NCBI GenBank assembly: GCA_049840895.1
Contig: JASGJB010000075.1
Location: forward strand, 44,816 to 108,815
Length of the DNA: 64,000 nucleotides
Direction of reading: 5' to 3'
Origin: Nibricoccus sp.
GTDB lineage: Bacteria; Verrucomicrobiota; Verrucomicrobiia; Opitutales; Opitutaceae
Part shown: positions 32,403 through 42,163 of the stretch, one piece after another
How the letters are laid out: the number at the start of each line of letters is the position of its first letter
Numbering within the stretch: position 1 is the first letter of the stretch
The notes under the pieces: generated by a model
What the model was told of the DNA's origin: nothing
Seen by the model: only the letters and a program-made list of their open reading frames with translations
Database searches by the model: none
Translations under genes and position numbers: made by a program

Positions 32403-33260
32403 GTGATGCGACTCATTGCTTTTCTGGCGGCATGGCTGGCTCCGCTCATCGGATTTTCGACGGAGCTGCGTGTGGCCGGCAGCGATTTGCTGGGAGCTGA
32501 TTTCGACGCCGCACTGACTACCTTTGCCAAAAAGCAAAACGTGAGTCTCACGACAACGTTCGCGGGCAGTCGTGCGGCCCTGGAGGAATTGAAGGCGGGG
32601 ACGGTTGACGTGGCGCTCGTGGCATTTGCTCCCGATGAAACGCCGCCCGGGCCGCCCTTTGTCGTGCAGCCACTGGTTTATCGCATAGCCGTCGTCGTGG
32701 TGCCCGATCGCATCGCGGTGACGCAGATTTCTTTTAACCAGCTCGACGGTTTTTTCGGTGCGAACGGACCGGCGGGTTTTTCGTTGTGGCGGGATATAGG
32801 GCTTGCGGGAGAGACGGCGCAGTTGACGGTCACTACGCATGTGCTCGCGAGAAAGGGCGATGAATTGTCGATCGATCTTTTTGAGCACTCGGCTTTGCGC
32901 GTTCCGAAGTTGAAGTCGTCGGTCGAGCGGCATGACGAATTTGCTGCATTAAATGGCCGGTTGTCGGCTGAAGCGGGCGGGCTCGCAGTGTTATCCTATG
33001 TGCCAGCGGCCGGCACGGGTTTGCGCGCGTTGCTTGTCTCGAAGGGGGATCGTGACCCGGCGTTTGGTCCCACGCCCGAGAACATCCACACGGGAGACTA
33101 TCCCTTGCGGCTGCCGGTGTATGTCATTTATCGGAGTGAAAACACGGCGAGCCTGAAGCCGTTGCTGGCATTTCTTTGGAGCGACGAAGCGGCCCGGAGT
33201 CTCAGGAAAGATGCTGCGCTGACGCCGGTTCCGGTGAGCGGCCGTCCCCGGGTTCATTGA
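32403..33260 (+). CDS. PstS-like periplasmic substrate-binding protein
   Basis: Signal peptide, LRVAGSD, GSRAALEEL, NIHTGDYPLRLPVYV. Confidence 0.75.
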   Translation: MMRLIAFLAAWLAPLIGFSTELRVAGSDLLGADFDAALTTFAKKQNVSLTTTFAGSRAALEELKAGTVDVALVAFAPDETPPGPPFVVQPLVYRIAVVVVPDRIAVTQISFNQLDGFFGANGPAGFSLWRDIGLAGETAQLTVTTHVLARKGDELSIDLFEHSALRVPKLKSSVERHDEFAALNGRLSAEAGGLAVLSYVPAAGTGLRALLVSKGDRDPAFGPTPENIHTGDYPLRLPVYVIYRSENTASLKPLLAFLWSDEAARSLRKDAALTPVPVSGRPRVH

Positions 33261-33284
33261 GCTGATTTCTTTTGGAAAAAGCTA

Positions 33285-33312
33285 TTGACGGATACTTCCC
33301 GGACTCTACTTC
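33285..33312 (+). promoter_or_regulatory. Putative tRNA promoter
   Basis: TTGACG-N16-TACTTC preceded by an A/T tract; the -10 is weak. Confidence 0.4.
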
Positions 33313-33326
33313 TCTCCCCCTGCTAC

Positions 33327-33402
<76 letters not shown>

Positions 33403-33411
33403 TTTTTGGAG

Positions 33412-33442
33412 AAACCGCCGGAAATAACACCGGCGGTTTTTT
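33412..33442 (+). terminator. Intrinsic terminator after tRNA-Gly
   Basis: AAACCGCCGG-AAATAACA-CCGGCGGTTT followed by a T run. Confidence 0.85.
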
Positions 33443-33836
33443 CGTTAAAATAGGACAGATGGTCCAGCCTGTCAGAATTGGCTTAAGCCCTGCTCATTTT
33501 CCCGAGCTTGTTTGGTCCTGCGGATTCACCCGACTGTTCGCCGGTTTCTTCTGGTTTCGTTGTCGTGTGACCGCTTTTCAAGGAAGCCCGATTGATCGCG
33601 GTTGGGTTCGTGAGCAATCAACTCTCCTTTTTAAGTTACTGCGCTGATCTGTTTGATGAGATCGAAAACCGGTCCGAAATATTTTGTAACGAAGATAGCT
33701 ATAACTCGGATTATACCTGTGATCGTTTTCCGCCCGTAGAGACTCCGGCAAAGTTGGACGACTGCCGCGTTGTTTTTACCCGCGTTTGTTTCCCCTTCAA
33801 CTAAAGAGCCGGCGGCCTGCCGGCTGCGCCCGCGGT

Positions 33837-33853
33837 CTGGCACGCCTTTCCGC
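33837..33853 (+). promoter_or_regulatory. Sigma54-like -24/-12 element (spacer one base too long)
   Basis: CTGGCACGCCTTTCCGC, about 35 nt before ATG 33888; GG-N11-GC rather than N10; preceded by the palindrome AGCCGGC-N5-GCCGGCT (33807-33825). Confidence 0.3.
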
Positions 33854-33887
33854 GCTCAATCCATGTTTTGTCATCTCATGTGGTCCC

Positions 33888-35681
33888 ATGAATGCCTTCA
33901 TTGCACGGCCTCAGGTCAGCGACGCGCGGATTTTTCCTGCTCCGCGTTTTGTTTGGGAAAATCCCTCCACCATTTGGTCCAAGCTTGGCGCCGCGGCGAC
34001 GGAGCGGGCTAAGGGCACCCCGCTGGGAACCGCCGTTCGGGCGTATTGTGGCGCGCTTGCCGCCGAGGCGGAGGGACGCGAGCAGCGGGCGGAATTTTAT
34101 TGGCGGGAATTCGACTCGCATCAGCACCGGCTCACTCGAAATCCGGAGCTATTGGTAGAGGTGATGAAAAAGCTGGCGGGTGAAGCGAGCGCGGACGCGG
34201 GCGGCGAGGCTTCCGCGGTAGCGAAACAATTGATCGATGAGCTTTTCATCGATGCGCATGCAGCGGCTTTCAACTCGATCACGACGACCGCGGGTAAAGC
34301 GTCAAAGGCGGACTATCATTGGCGCGAGGTGAAAACGTTGTTGTCGCGAGGTCGGATGACGCCGGTACAGCAACTCGAAACCGTCCGGGCGGTCGTCGAG
34401 CGTAATGCCGGCACCGCCGAAGCAGCCAGGCGCTGGGATGAAATGGCGTCCGTTTACCGCGAGATGCTGGAGATTTCTCCTGATGACTTCGAAGCGTTGG
34501 AAGGCCTGGTCCGCGCTCTGTGGCAGAAAGCGGTCGGCGCACTTTCGGAGGGACGGGGAGACAGTTCCGCCGCCAATGAAGCCAGTATGCTTCAAAAAAT
34601 TCTCGAGGAGTTAAAAAAACTTGCTGCGCGTCCGACGGCCGTTCCCGACGTATTTGAAGCTGTCGCGCATCTGTCCGTGACACGGGCAGTGCGGCTGGCG
34701 AACTCCGGTGATGTTTCCGAGGCGATGGTTATGATCGAGCAGGCGCTCGCGGTGCAGGAAGACTTGGAGCCGGCGTTGGAGGCGAAAACACAGCTGACTG
34801 CATTGATGCAGCAAATGACCGAGCAATTCAACCGGTTGGAAGCCGAGATTGCTATGCGGCCGAATGCCACACTCAACGCGCAGGGATTGATCCTGAAGGC
34901 ACAGGTGCGTGCGGGTTTTAAATCCGCGCAAAAATACACCGAGAGCAGTGAAGCACAGGCCTTGCGCGAAAATACTGCCCACGCCCGCAGGCGGCGACTT
35001 TGGCTGCAGATCGGCTATGCCCCGCCTTCCTCCGATTGGAATGCACGCGCGGAGACGCTGGTCACGACGTTGGCGATGATCGCCGCCATCAATCCATCCT
35101 CGGTGGCCGAGTTGCGAGCGGCTTGGATTGAAGCTGCAAAAAACGATCCAGCCATCGCCGAACTGGAGCCTGATCCTGCCGTCGCTTTTCTCGCGCACCG
35201 GCTCTTTCAAGAGCCTTGGACGCCGGTCAGTCTGCAAAGTTTTCGTCCGCCGGCAGGCGAGCCGCTTTCGATTGTCCGTGCGGCCACGCCGGCGCCAGAC
35301 GATGCGGTTCCTTTTAAGGAGTGGCTGCGCGGCGCGCAAAACCGCGGCTCGGTCTGGCGGCTGGGATTGGCTGCGGCGATCCTGATGGTCGCGGCGATAT
35401 TGGTTTATCGGGAGGCTGCCATCCTGAGGGAGCACGACCGGAATGTGTCGCTCCTCACGGCAGCGGTTCGTGAAGGCAACGACCTCGGAGCCATGGATGC
35501 GGCGGCGGATTTTCTCGGCCGCCGCGGGTTCACGGCGGATGCGAGAGAGCCTGACGTCATCGCCGCGTATCAACGCGCGCTCGTGCGCTGGATGAGCAAT
35601 CTGGAGGGTGAATTTGATCCGCAACAACAACCGGTGGTCGATCGCTATCGTAGGCTGATTGCCCACCTCAACGCCCCTTAA
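33888..35681 (+). CDS. Membrane-anchored TPR-like helical protein (islet gene A)
   Basis: Helical repeats (RWDEMASVYREMLEISPDD, GDVSEAMVMIEQALAVQED), one TM (LGLAAAILMVAAILVY) and a roughly 90-aa C-terminal domain; 3 nt from the next gene. Confidence 0.8.
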   Translation: MNAFIARPQVSDARIFPAPRFVWENPSTIWSKLGAAATERAKGTPLGTAVRAYCGALAAEAEGREQRAEFYWREFDSHQHRLTRNPELLVEVMKKLAGEASADAGGEASAVAKQLIDELFIDAHAAAFNSITTTAGKASKADYHWREVKTLLSRGRMTPVQQLETVRAVVERNAGTAEAARRWDEMASVYREMLEISPDDFEALEGLVRALWQKAVGALSEGRGDSSAANEASMLQKILEELKKLAARPTAVPDVFEAVAHLSVTRAVRLANSGDVSEAMVMIEQALAVQEDLEPALEAKTQLTALMQQMTEQFNRLEAEIAMRPNATLNAQGLILKAQVRAGFKSAQKYTESSEAQALRENTAHARRRRLWLQIGYAPPSSDWNARAETLVTTLAMIAAINPSSVAELRAAWIEAAKNDPAIAELEPDPAVAFLAHRLFQEPWTPVSLQSFRPPAGEPLSIVRAATPAPDDAVPFKEWLRGAQNRGSVWRLGLAAAILMVAAILVYREAAILREHDRNVSLLTAAVREGNDLGAMDAAADFLGRRGFTADAREPDVIAAYQRALVRWMSNLEGEFDPQQQPVVDRYRRLIAHLNAP

Positions 35682-35684
35682 CCG

Positions 35685-38600
35685 ATGAGACGCTTCTTCT
35701 CCAAGTTGTCATGGGTGGTGCTCGGCACGGCCGCATTTGCCGTGGTCCTGATTTTGAGCGGACATGCGCCGGTAGCGACGCGGTCCTCGATCGAGCTCGC
35801 GTTGCCATCGACGCCTGCGGCGGTTTCAAAAGACGCGGTTTTGCCATTTGCCGGCCTGCCGCTGGATCAGCCGCGGACAGTCGAGTTTGCTTGCGACGAT
35901 CCCTTATTGGCGGACTTCAGCGCCCGCGAAAAAGAGGATCAGGTCCGCGACTGGCTGCTGTGGATTGTCGTTCAGCAGGCGGAGAACGATGTGGGGAAGC
36001 TCAACTCTATCTTATTCGATATTCCCGCTATTCGAGAGAGATATTTACGTCCGATTCTGCGTTTTGAATATGGACGTGTGCGTTCATGCGCTTTGGCGAA
36101 CGGCGAGGTACTAGCGTTGGTGCCAAAAGCATCCGTGGCCCAGCGCGCTGACGACCTATCTGGGATTGTCGACGAACAGCGGAAGAATCTCGGTTACATG
36201 CCGGGTAATATGCACGTCTTTGAGTATGAAATCTCGGGCCTTGGTGCCGCAAAATTGACGCGACGCGAAAGTTTGTCGGCTTCGCAGTTTTCTACGGCGG
36301 CAGGCTACCATGACGTCGTTATTTCTGGAGTCGCTGAGTTGAGAGATTTCATGCAGCAAATCGATGATCTCACTTCCGTGCACGTCGACAAGAGCGGTAG
36401 ACTTCGGCTTACCGGGCGGAAATTGCACACAGGTTACCGCGGAATTTCGCTGACCGAGGTGGCGGCCGTTTGGCAATCAGAGGCGCATACCCAAAGGATG
36501 TTGGATGAGAGAAAAGCCCGCATCGATGCTTTCAAAAATGAGTGGGAGAGAAAGGAGGATTCCCTCCGATACCGTCTCCGAAGAACAGATGCCAGCCAAT
36601 ATACAGTGGACCGAGAAGCAGAGGATTTCAAAGCTTCGTACGACAAGGCCAAGCAAAAGCTTGTTGGCGAGCTGGCAGCAACAGGGAGAGTAACTGAAGG
36701 CTCCGGATTTTCGCTTGATCCTGCGTTGGACCACGTCGGCTTAGCCGACGTGCTTTCTATGCCTACAGCGCGAGAGGCGTTTGCTACACTATCAGCCAAA
36801 CGTGGCACTATGAAACGTGATTCTATGCTGTCGGCGTCTAACGAAAAAGACGCTCCGAGCTTGGGCCTAATACTGGAGCGTTTGGGTATTTCTTCGACGG
36901 ATTTTCGAGCGGCCGTGAGCTCCCTTCGCGGAGAAACCGCGAATGAAGTGCCACTCTTGGAAATTGTCGACCGGTTACAGCATACAACCGGAGAAAATGA
37001 GGAAGTGGCCCAATATATTGCTGCGATAGTTGACTCAATAATTGATGCTCATCGCTATCAACAGGCGAGGTATGATGGTCCGCTGGAAGGGACCGAAGTA
37101 GGGATGGTGCTCTTCTATACTGACCTTTTAGCAAAATTGTGGGCGATTGACTTCGAAGGACAAACCCCCGGGAAAGAAATCCCAGATTTCAATTCTATGT
37201 TGGGGATGAAATTTTCGCCGGCATATCAAGCCGAAATGAGTAAGCTGCGCGCCACTCGACTGTGGTTTGGGCCGGAAGAAAATAACTATCAACTTTCTAG
37301 TAAAAACGATTTATTTTTCGCGCGAAACGTGACGCGCATTTATGCGGCTTCTAGCAGTCCTTTAAATCCGGGAAAGGAAGTGCCTCCTAACGCGAATTCG
37401 GAGGCATTCCTAGGGTGGTGGAACGATCACTACGAAGAGGTAGCTCGGTATGAACCCGAATATGAACGGCTAAATGAAATCATGAAATGGAGCTTAGTGA
37501 TTGGATGGTTGAACGAAGCCGGACGGGGCGAGTTACTAGAATTTCTTCGCGACATAAAAGTGGAACACTCTTTCTGGTTTCCACTATGGGTGGTCAACTC
37601 TGCGCAACTGCGTTTCGATCTTTGGGATAAAGTTGGGTTTTTTGAAAAAGGTTACCAAGGTACTAAAACCGAGGCCATGCCGATATTACGGACTTCGAAG
37701 CAGATTGAGATTGGAACTCATGTAATGTCCGGGGGCGTCTCACTAGCGCGAAAGGAGATTTTCACAGAGCGACCAGTCATGCGGGTTGATTTCCCCACTG
37801 TCCTGAAGAAGGGTAACGTAAACTTCCGGCTGTCCGATCCGAGTGCTGGGAAGATTGTCACTTTGCGAGGTACGGAATTTAAATTTGCGACTGGTTCTGG
37901 TCGGGGACCGGTTTCGATGGGTTTCACGGGCCCCACTAATTCTAAATTTCGGGGAAAACTCGGTGACATCGGGACTCCTAGCTTTGTGCGCACCGTGGAA
38001 TCACGCGCGAACGTCAGCCGTGTGAAACTGGCCACCGAGGGAGCCGAGGTCGGCACACTCGAGATCAAGCAGGCGCGGAATGGGTTTCGCGTTGGGTGGC
38101 AGGCTCGGGAGACAGGTGACAGTTTTGCCATCGGCCGGAAGTTGAGCACTGCCGCGGATCCGAAGGCCGTCCTGCTCGGGGATCCGTCCTTGCGCCGGAT
38201 CGTGCGCGATCCACTCAGCGGCCAGTTTTATGTCCAGCCGCACGGGTCTGATCGCTGGATAAAATTTGCGCCGGAAAAAACCCCGCGACCCGACCTTGCC
38301 GATGGCTGGTCCGCGCGGGTTGCGGATCTAAAGCCGCAGTCTAAAATCTACCAGATGAAGTGGCTGGAGGCGGATGCACTCCCCGCTGAAGTTCGGACGG
38401 GCGGAGAATGGATTCGCGGGCCCCCCGTCGCGACGTCCAGTGTCCGTGAAGGTGTGCTCGGAGCCCCGGAGTTGATTGTCGCCGACCGTACACAGCTTGA
38501 AAAAACGGTGTCGGCCATCGTCCATAATCCTTCGGCCTGGAAAAGTGCGCGTAACGCCGATTTTCGTTCGTCGCTCAAAGAGATTGCGGACGTGCAACAG

Positions 38601-39338
38601 CAGCGGCCCTCGCGCGTGTTTGAGCGCATCGAGCTGGCCAGCTCCCGCCACGGACAGCAACCCGAGCTTCTGTTGCAGGAGGCTCTCGCCGAGCTGGCGC
38701 AAAACGGTCGACACGCCGCGACCGAGACGGCGAACCGACTTGGCCCGTTGCCCGCGAGCCGCCGGCAATGGATATTCGCGGAAATCGATGCGCGGCTCAA
38801 CACCTTGCCCCGGGAGACAAAGCCCGACGCCTATCGCATGGCGCAAATGCTCGACTGGAAAAATTCCGGGAAGCTGCCACCGGGTGACGTGATAAAGCTC
38901 ACGGCAGAGGGCGACCGTGTATCCCTGGAAGCGGCAGTCAAAGGGGTGCCCAATAAAAACCCGATTACGAACACCGGCTCGCTTCGCGATGCTCCCATCT
39001 ACGTGGAGGACGCGCCGTCGTTAAACAGCGTCGACTGGTCGATCAACGCACGGAAAAGCATCGACCAGATCATCAGCTCGGGGCGAGGCTCACTCGTGCA
39101 ATTGCCGCGCGGGGATCTCGCCCACTACCGGCCTGGGAAACTCTCGGTCGACAGCCGGTCGTATAATTTCCGCGGCTCGGCGAAAAACACCAAAACTCCA
39201 GCCACCGACCTTCAAGCGATGACGACGCGCGGCGGGTACGCCGCGTGGAAAGGCAATAATCCCGATGACGATGATGACGACGACGACGAGGTTTATCTCC
39301 TGATGGCGACGCCCGGCGCCACTTCCGCTTCGCTTTGA
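35685..39338 (+). CDS. Large exported or signal-anchored protein with a DUF1598-like core (islet gene B)
   Basis: Uninterrupted 1217-aa ORF; N-terminal hydrophobic helix; GFSLDP, GTEVGMVLFYTDLLAK, RLWFGP, FLGWWNDHYEEVARYEPEYERL, SGGVSL; poly-Asp tail. Confidence 0.8.
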   Translation: MRRFFSKLSWVVLGTAAFAVVLILSGHAPVATRSSIELALPSTPAAVSKDAVLPFAGLPLDQPRTVEFACDDPLLADFSAREKEDQVRDWLLWIVVQQAENDVGKLNSILFDIPAIRERYLRPILRFEYGRVRSCALANGEVLALVPKASVAQRADDLSGIVDEQRKNLGYMPGNMHVFEYEISGLGAAKLTRRESLSASQFSTAAGYHDVVISGVAELRDFMQQIDDLTSVHVDKSGRLRLTGRKLHTGYRGISLTEVAAVWQSEAHTQRMLDERKARIDAFKNEWERKEDSLRYRLRRTDASQYTVDREAEDFKASYDKAKQKLVGELAATGRVTEGSGFSLDPALDHVGLADVLSMPTAREAFATLSAKRGTMKRDSMLSASNEKDAPSLGLILERLGISSTDFRAAVSSLRGETANEVPLLEIVDRLQHTTGENEEVAQYIAAIVDSIIDAHRYQQARYDGPLEGTEVGMVLFYTDLLAKLWAIDFEGQTPGKEIPDFNSMLGMKFSPAYQAEMSKLRATRLWFGPEENNYQLSSKNDLFFARNVTRIYAASSSPLNPGKEVPPNANSEAFLGWWNDHYEEVARYEPEYERLNEIMKWSLVIGWLNEAGRGELLEFLRDIKVEHSFWFPLWVVNSAQLRFDLWDKVGFFEKGYQGTKTEAMPILRTSKQIEIGTHVMSGGVSLARKEIFTERPVMRVDFPTVLKKGNVNFRLSDPSAGKIVTLRGTEFKFATGSGRGPVSMGFTGPTNSKFRGKLGDIGTPSFVRTVESRANVSRVKLATEGAEVGTLEIKQARNGFRVGWQARETGDSFAIGRKLSTAADPKAVLLGDPSLRRIVRDPLSGQFYVQPHGSDRWIKFAPEKTPRPDLADGWSARVADLKPQSKIYQMKWLEADALPAEVRTGGEWIRGPPVATSSVREGVLGAPELIVADRTQLEKTVSAIVHNPSAWKSARNADFRSSLKEIADVQQQRPSRVFERIELASSRHGQQPELLLQEALAELAQNGRHAATETANRLGPLPASRRQWIFAEIDARLNTLPRETKPDAYRMAQMLDWKNSGKLPPGDVIKLTAEGDRVSLEAAVKGVPNKNPITNTGSLRDAPIYVEDAPSLNSVDWSINARKSIDQIISSGRGSLVQLPRGDLAHYRPGKLSVDSRSYNFRGSAKNTKTPATDLQAMTTRGGYAAWKGNNPDDDDDDDDEVYLLMATPGATSASL

Positions 39339-39342
39339 CCGG

Positions 39343-42132
39343 ATGTCGACTGTGCGTCCGCCATTTGACTTGGAGCGGCAGGTAAGCGCGGCGGAAGCGC
39401 TTGCCGCCGCCGGGCGATGGGAGGACGCGTTGCAGGCGTATGCGTCCGTCGTTGCGGGCCGCCTGAATGCCGGTACAGCCGAGCGTTGGAGACCGACCGC
39501 GGCGGATGCTGCGATTCTCGAGCGTACCGCAGAACTTGCCGTGCTTGCGGACCGCGGTGAGGTGGGAATGAAAATTTTCGTCGCGCTGACTCTCAGTTTG
39601 CGCGCGGTGGGGAATCGCTTCGCAGCTGATCTCTCCATTTTGAAACGGCTGCATCTCGCCATTTCAGCGGGCAATCAGGCGGAGATCATGTCTGCGCTCG
39701 AGGATTTGCAGCCGACGGTGGGGGACTTCGGAGATATCTCGTTTGCGACGGACGAGGTGGAGGTATTCGAGCGCGGCGTGTTGTGGGAGGAGGTAGACGA
39801 CGAGGATCGCTCACAATTCTTTGCGCAATTCCATCTGCAAGCAGGGCGTCTGTTCGCCTGGCTCGGCCAGTTCGGTGATGCGGCCAAAGCGTTGCAGCGT
39901 TGCGTACAGCATGCCGCGACAATTCCGTCGCTCGAGCCTTTTGCGCTCGCCGCCCGCCTCGAACAGGTGGCCGTCGCGCTGGCGTGTGGAGATTTGTGGG
40001 AAGCGAGAAAGCAGCTTGCGACCGTTGCACCGGAACAGGAGGGCCAGCCGGGACACGCGTCGCGGCGGTATGAACTGGAGGCCACACTTTTCTGGCTTCA
40101 CGGTGATCTGGGTGGGGCGGAGCGGGTGTTGCAGGCTGCGCGGGCATGGTGTGTACGCGTTGGATTGGACGCAGCGCGGGTGATGGCAGAACTGAATCTC
40201 GCGCATGTTTTGGTCGTGCTGAACCGCACGTACGATGCGGAGCAGCTTGTCGTTGGCGCTGAAAAAAGCGCCGGGGGTTTGCGTTCACCCGTGCTTGCGC
40301 GGCGCGCGCGCCAGCTTGCCAGTCTCATAAAAGCGCGCCGTGAATCCGGCTTCTCCGGGCTGCCGATCGTTGCAGGAAATGCGGAACTCTGGGCCTCCGC
40401 CAGCCGTGCGGCCCCGGCGCTCGACGCGGTGGACGGGCCCGCTGAAAATGAGAATCGCGCAGGCGGGATCGTGGAGCGACTCACTGATCGTACGCTGGCA
40501 TTTTATCAGCTGCTGGAATGTCAGCAGTTCGATGCCGCCGCTCTCTGGTTGGAGGAGGCTCGATTGGTGTATGGCTGGAGCGACTCGCCACTGATCGCGT
40601 TGCGCATCGCCGCGCTTCAGGGCATGTGGCACTATTATCGGGGTGATTGGATCGAGGCAGTGCGGCTGCTGGACGAAGTCATCGCGCAGTGCACAGCGCG
40701 AGAATTGCGTCATGATGGCTGGCAGGCAGTGCGTGTGCGGTTGTGGTGCGAGGAGCGAATGGGTGGAGATCCTATTCGTGTTAGAGCGCTACGGACGGAG
40801 GAGGAGCGGCTTGTTGGCGCGATGGCCGCGAGCCTTGCGCCGGAGCATCGCGTGCTCTTCGAGCTGAACAAATGGAGTGAAGACGAGGCACGACTCGGTC
40901 TGCGCGTTGCCGAGCTGCAGAAGGAATGTGCGGCGACCGGCGCCTTTTCCTCGGTGCGCCGCCGGCTGGCACGATGGCGGTGGCGAGGGAAGGTTGACCG
41001 CTTCGTGGAGTCCCTGGATGCGCGGCGCACGTCGTTGTTGGGGGCGGCGTGCCCGAACGTTTTGAATACGCCTTGGTGGTGGAGGAGCCTGCGCCACAGC
41101 CGCACCCGGGCTACGTTATCCTTTCTCGCCTTGCCCGACCGGCTTCTGATTGTACGGGAAAGTTTTCTCGATCTGGAGTTGGTGGTTCGTCCGGTCACGC
41201 GCCTGCGTCTCCGTGAGCTGGTGCGAGCCTGGCATGAAGCGATGGCTCAGGGGGAGTCCGGCTCATCCAATGCGCGCGCATGCGCTGAAACCATGGCGGA
41301 GCATCTCCAGCTGCCTGCGCTGCTCGAACCATGTGCCCACGTAAACGAAGTACGGGTCGTCGCGGACGACGTGTTGCATGGATTTCCTTTTTCCGCGCTG
41401 TGCCATGCCGGCCGGCTTTTAATCGAGGACTATGCAATTGTTTACGACACCACTCATCGACCCTCAACGGCACAGAAGTCGGCTCGCGCTGCCGGGTTTG
41501 CGCTTGTCGCAGACATGGGCCTGGCCACACCGGGCTACGACGCTTTGCCTGGTGCGGCCGTTGAAGCGCAGAACGTCGCGGCGGAATTTGTCGCGCAGGG
41601 CATCGAGGTAAAACGGCTGCACGATTTGGAAGTCACGCCGGTGGCGATACGCCTTGCTCTTTCGAAAGCGCGACTGGCGCACATAGCGTGTCATGGTGTT
41701 TTTGCACGGGATTCCCTGCGTGGAACCGGACTCATTCTGGCGCCCGGTTTGCCGGAAGGCTTGCTAGCGCTGGATGAGTTCGCTGGTTTGGCGCTCGGCG
41801 GATTGCGCCATGTGACGCTGGCCAGCTGCTGGTCGGCGGATAATTTTCTCCTGCCCGGACGGCACGTCATCAACCTGCCGGGAGCGCTGCTGCACGCAGG
41901 TGCTGGCAGCGTGCTGGCGAGCCTTTGGGGTGTCCCTGATGCGACATCCGCCGATTTCTACGGTGCATTTTACGCCCGATGTGCAGTGATTCCGCCCGCC
42001 GAGGCTTTGCGGGAGACGCAGCTGCGTTTTCACCGTCGGGAATTGCGACCGGGCAATTGCGACGCGAGTGATCCCTTTTTCTGGGCGGGTTTCACGCTCA
42101 CCGGTTCTTCTGCCGGCTTTCTTCTGCGGTAG
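39343..42132 (+). CDS. TPR + CHAT (caspase/separase-clan) protease (islet gene C)
   Basis: N-terminal TPR-like helices; VVADDVLHGFPFSAL, LPGAAVEA, HIACHG (His 41692-41694), TLASCWS (Cys 41827-41829), AGAGSVLASLWGV, AEALRETQ, PFFWAGF. Confidence 0.9.
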   Translation: MSTVRPPFDLERQVSAAEALAAAGRWEDALQAYASVVAGRLNAGTAERWRPTAADAAILERTAELAVLADRGEVGMKIFVALTLSLRAVGNRFAADLSILKRLHLAISAGNQAEIMSALEDLQPTVGDFGDISFATDEVEVFERGVLWEEVDDEDRSQFFAQFHLQAGRLFAWLGQFGDAAKALQRCVQHAATIPSLEPFALAARLEQVAVALACGDLWEARKQLATVAPEQEGQPGHASRRYELEATLFWLHGDLGGAERVLQAARAWCVRVGLDAARVMAELNLAHVLVVLNRTYDAEQLVVGAEKSAGGLRSPVLARRARQLASLIKARRESGFSGLPIVAGNAELWASASRAAPALDAVDGPAENENRAGGIVERLTDRTLAFYQLLECQQFDAAALWLEEARLVYGWSDSPLIALRIAALQGMWHYYRGDWIEAVRLLDEVIAQCTARELRHDGWQAVRVRLWCEERMGGDPIRVRALRTEEERLVGAMAASLAPEHRVLFELNKWSEDEARLGLRVAELQKECAATGAFSSVRRRLARWRWRGKVDRFVESLDARRTSLLGAACPNVLNTPWWWRSLRHSRTRATLSFLALPDRLLIVRESFLDLELVVRPVTRLRLRELVRAWHEAMAQGESGSSNARACAETMAEHLQLPALLEPCAHVNEVRVVADDVLHGFPFSALCHAGRLLIEDYAIVYDTTHRPSTAQKSARAAGFALVADMGLATPGYDALPGAAVEAQNVAAEFVAQGIEVKRLHDLEVTPVAIRLALSKARLAHIACHGVFARDSLRGTGLILAPGLPEGLLALDEFAGLALGGLRHVTLASCWSADNFLLPGRHVINLPGALLHAGAGSVLASLWGVPDATSADFYGAFYARCAVIPPAEALRETQLRFHRRELRPGNCDASDPFFWAGFTLTGSSAGFLLR

Positions 42133-42163
42133 CGCCCCCGCCTTTAGACGGAGCTGGGAAAAG

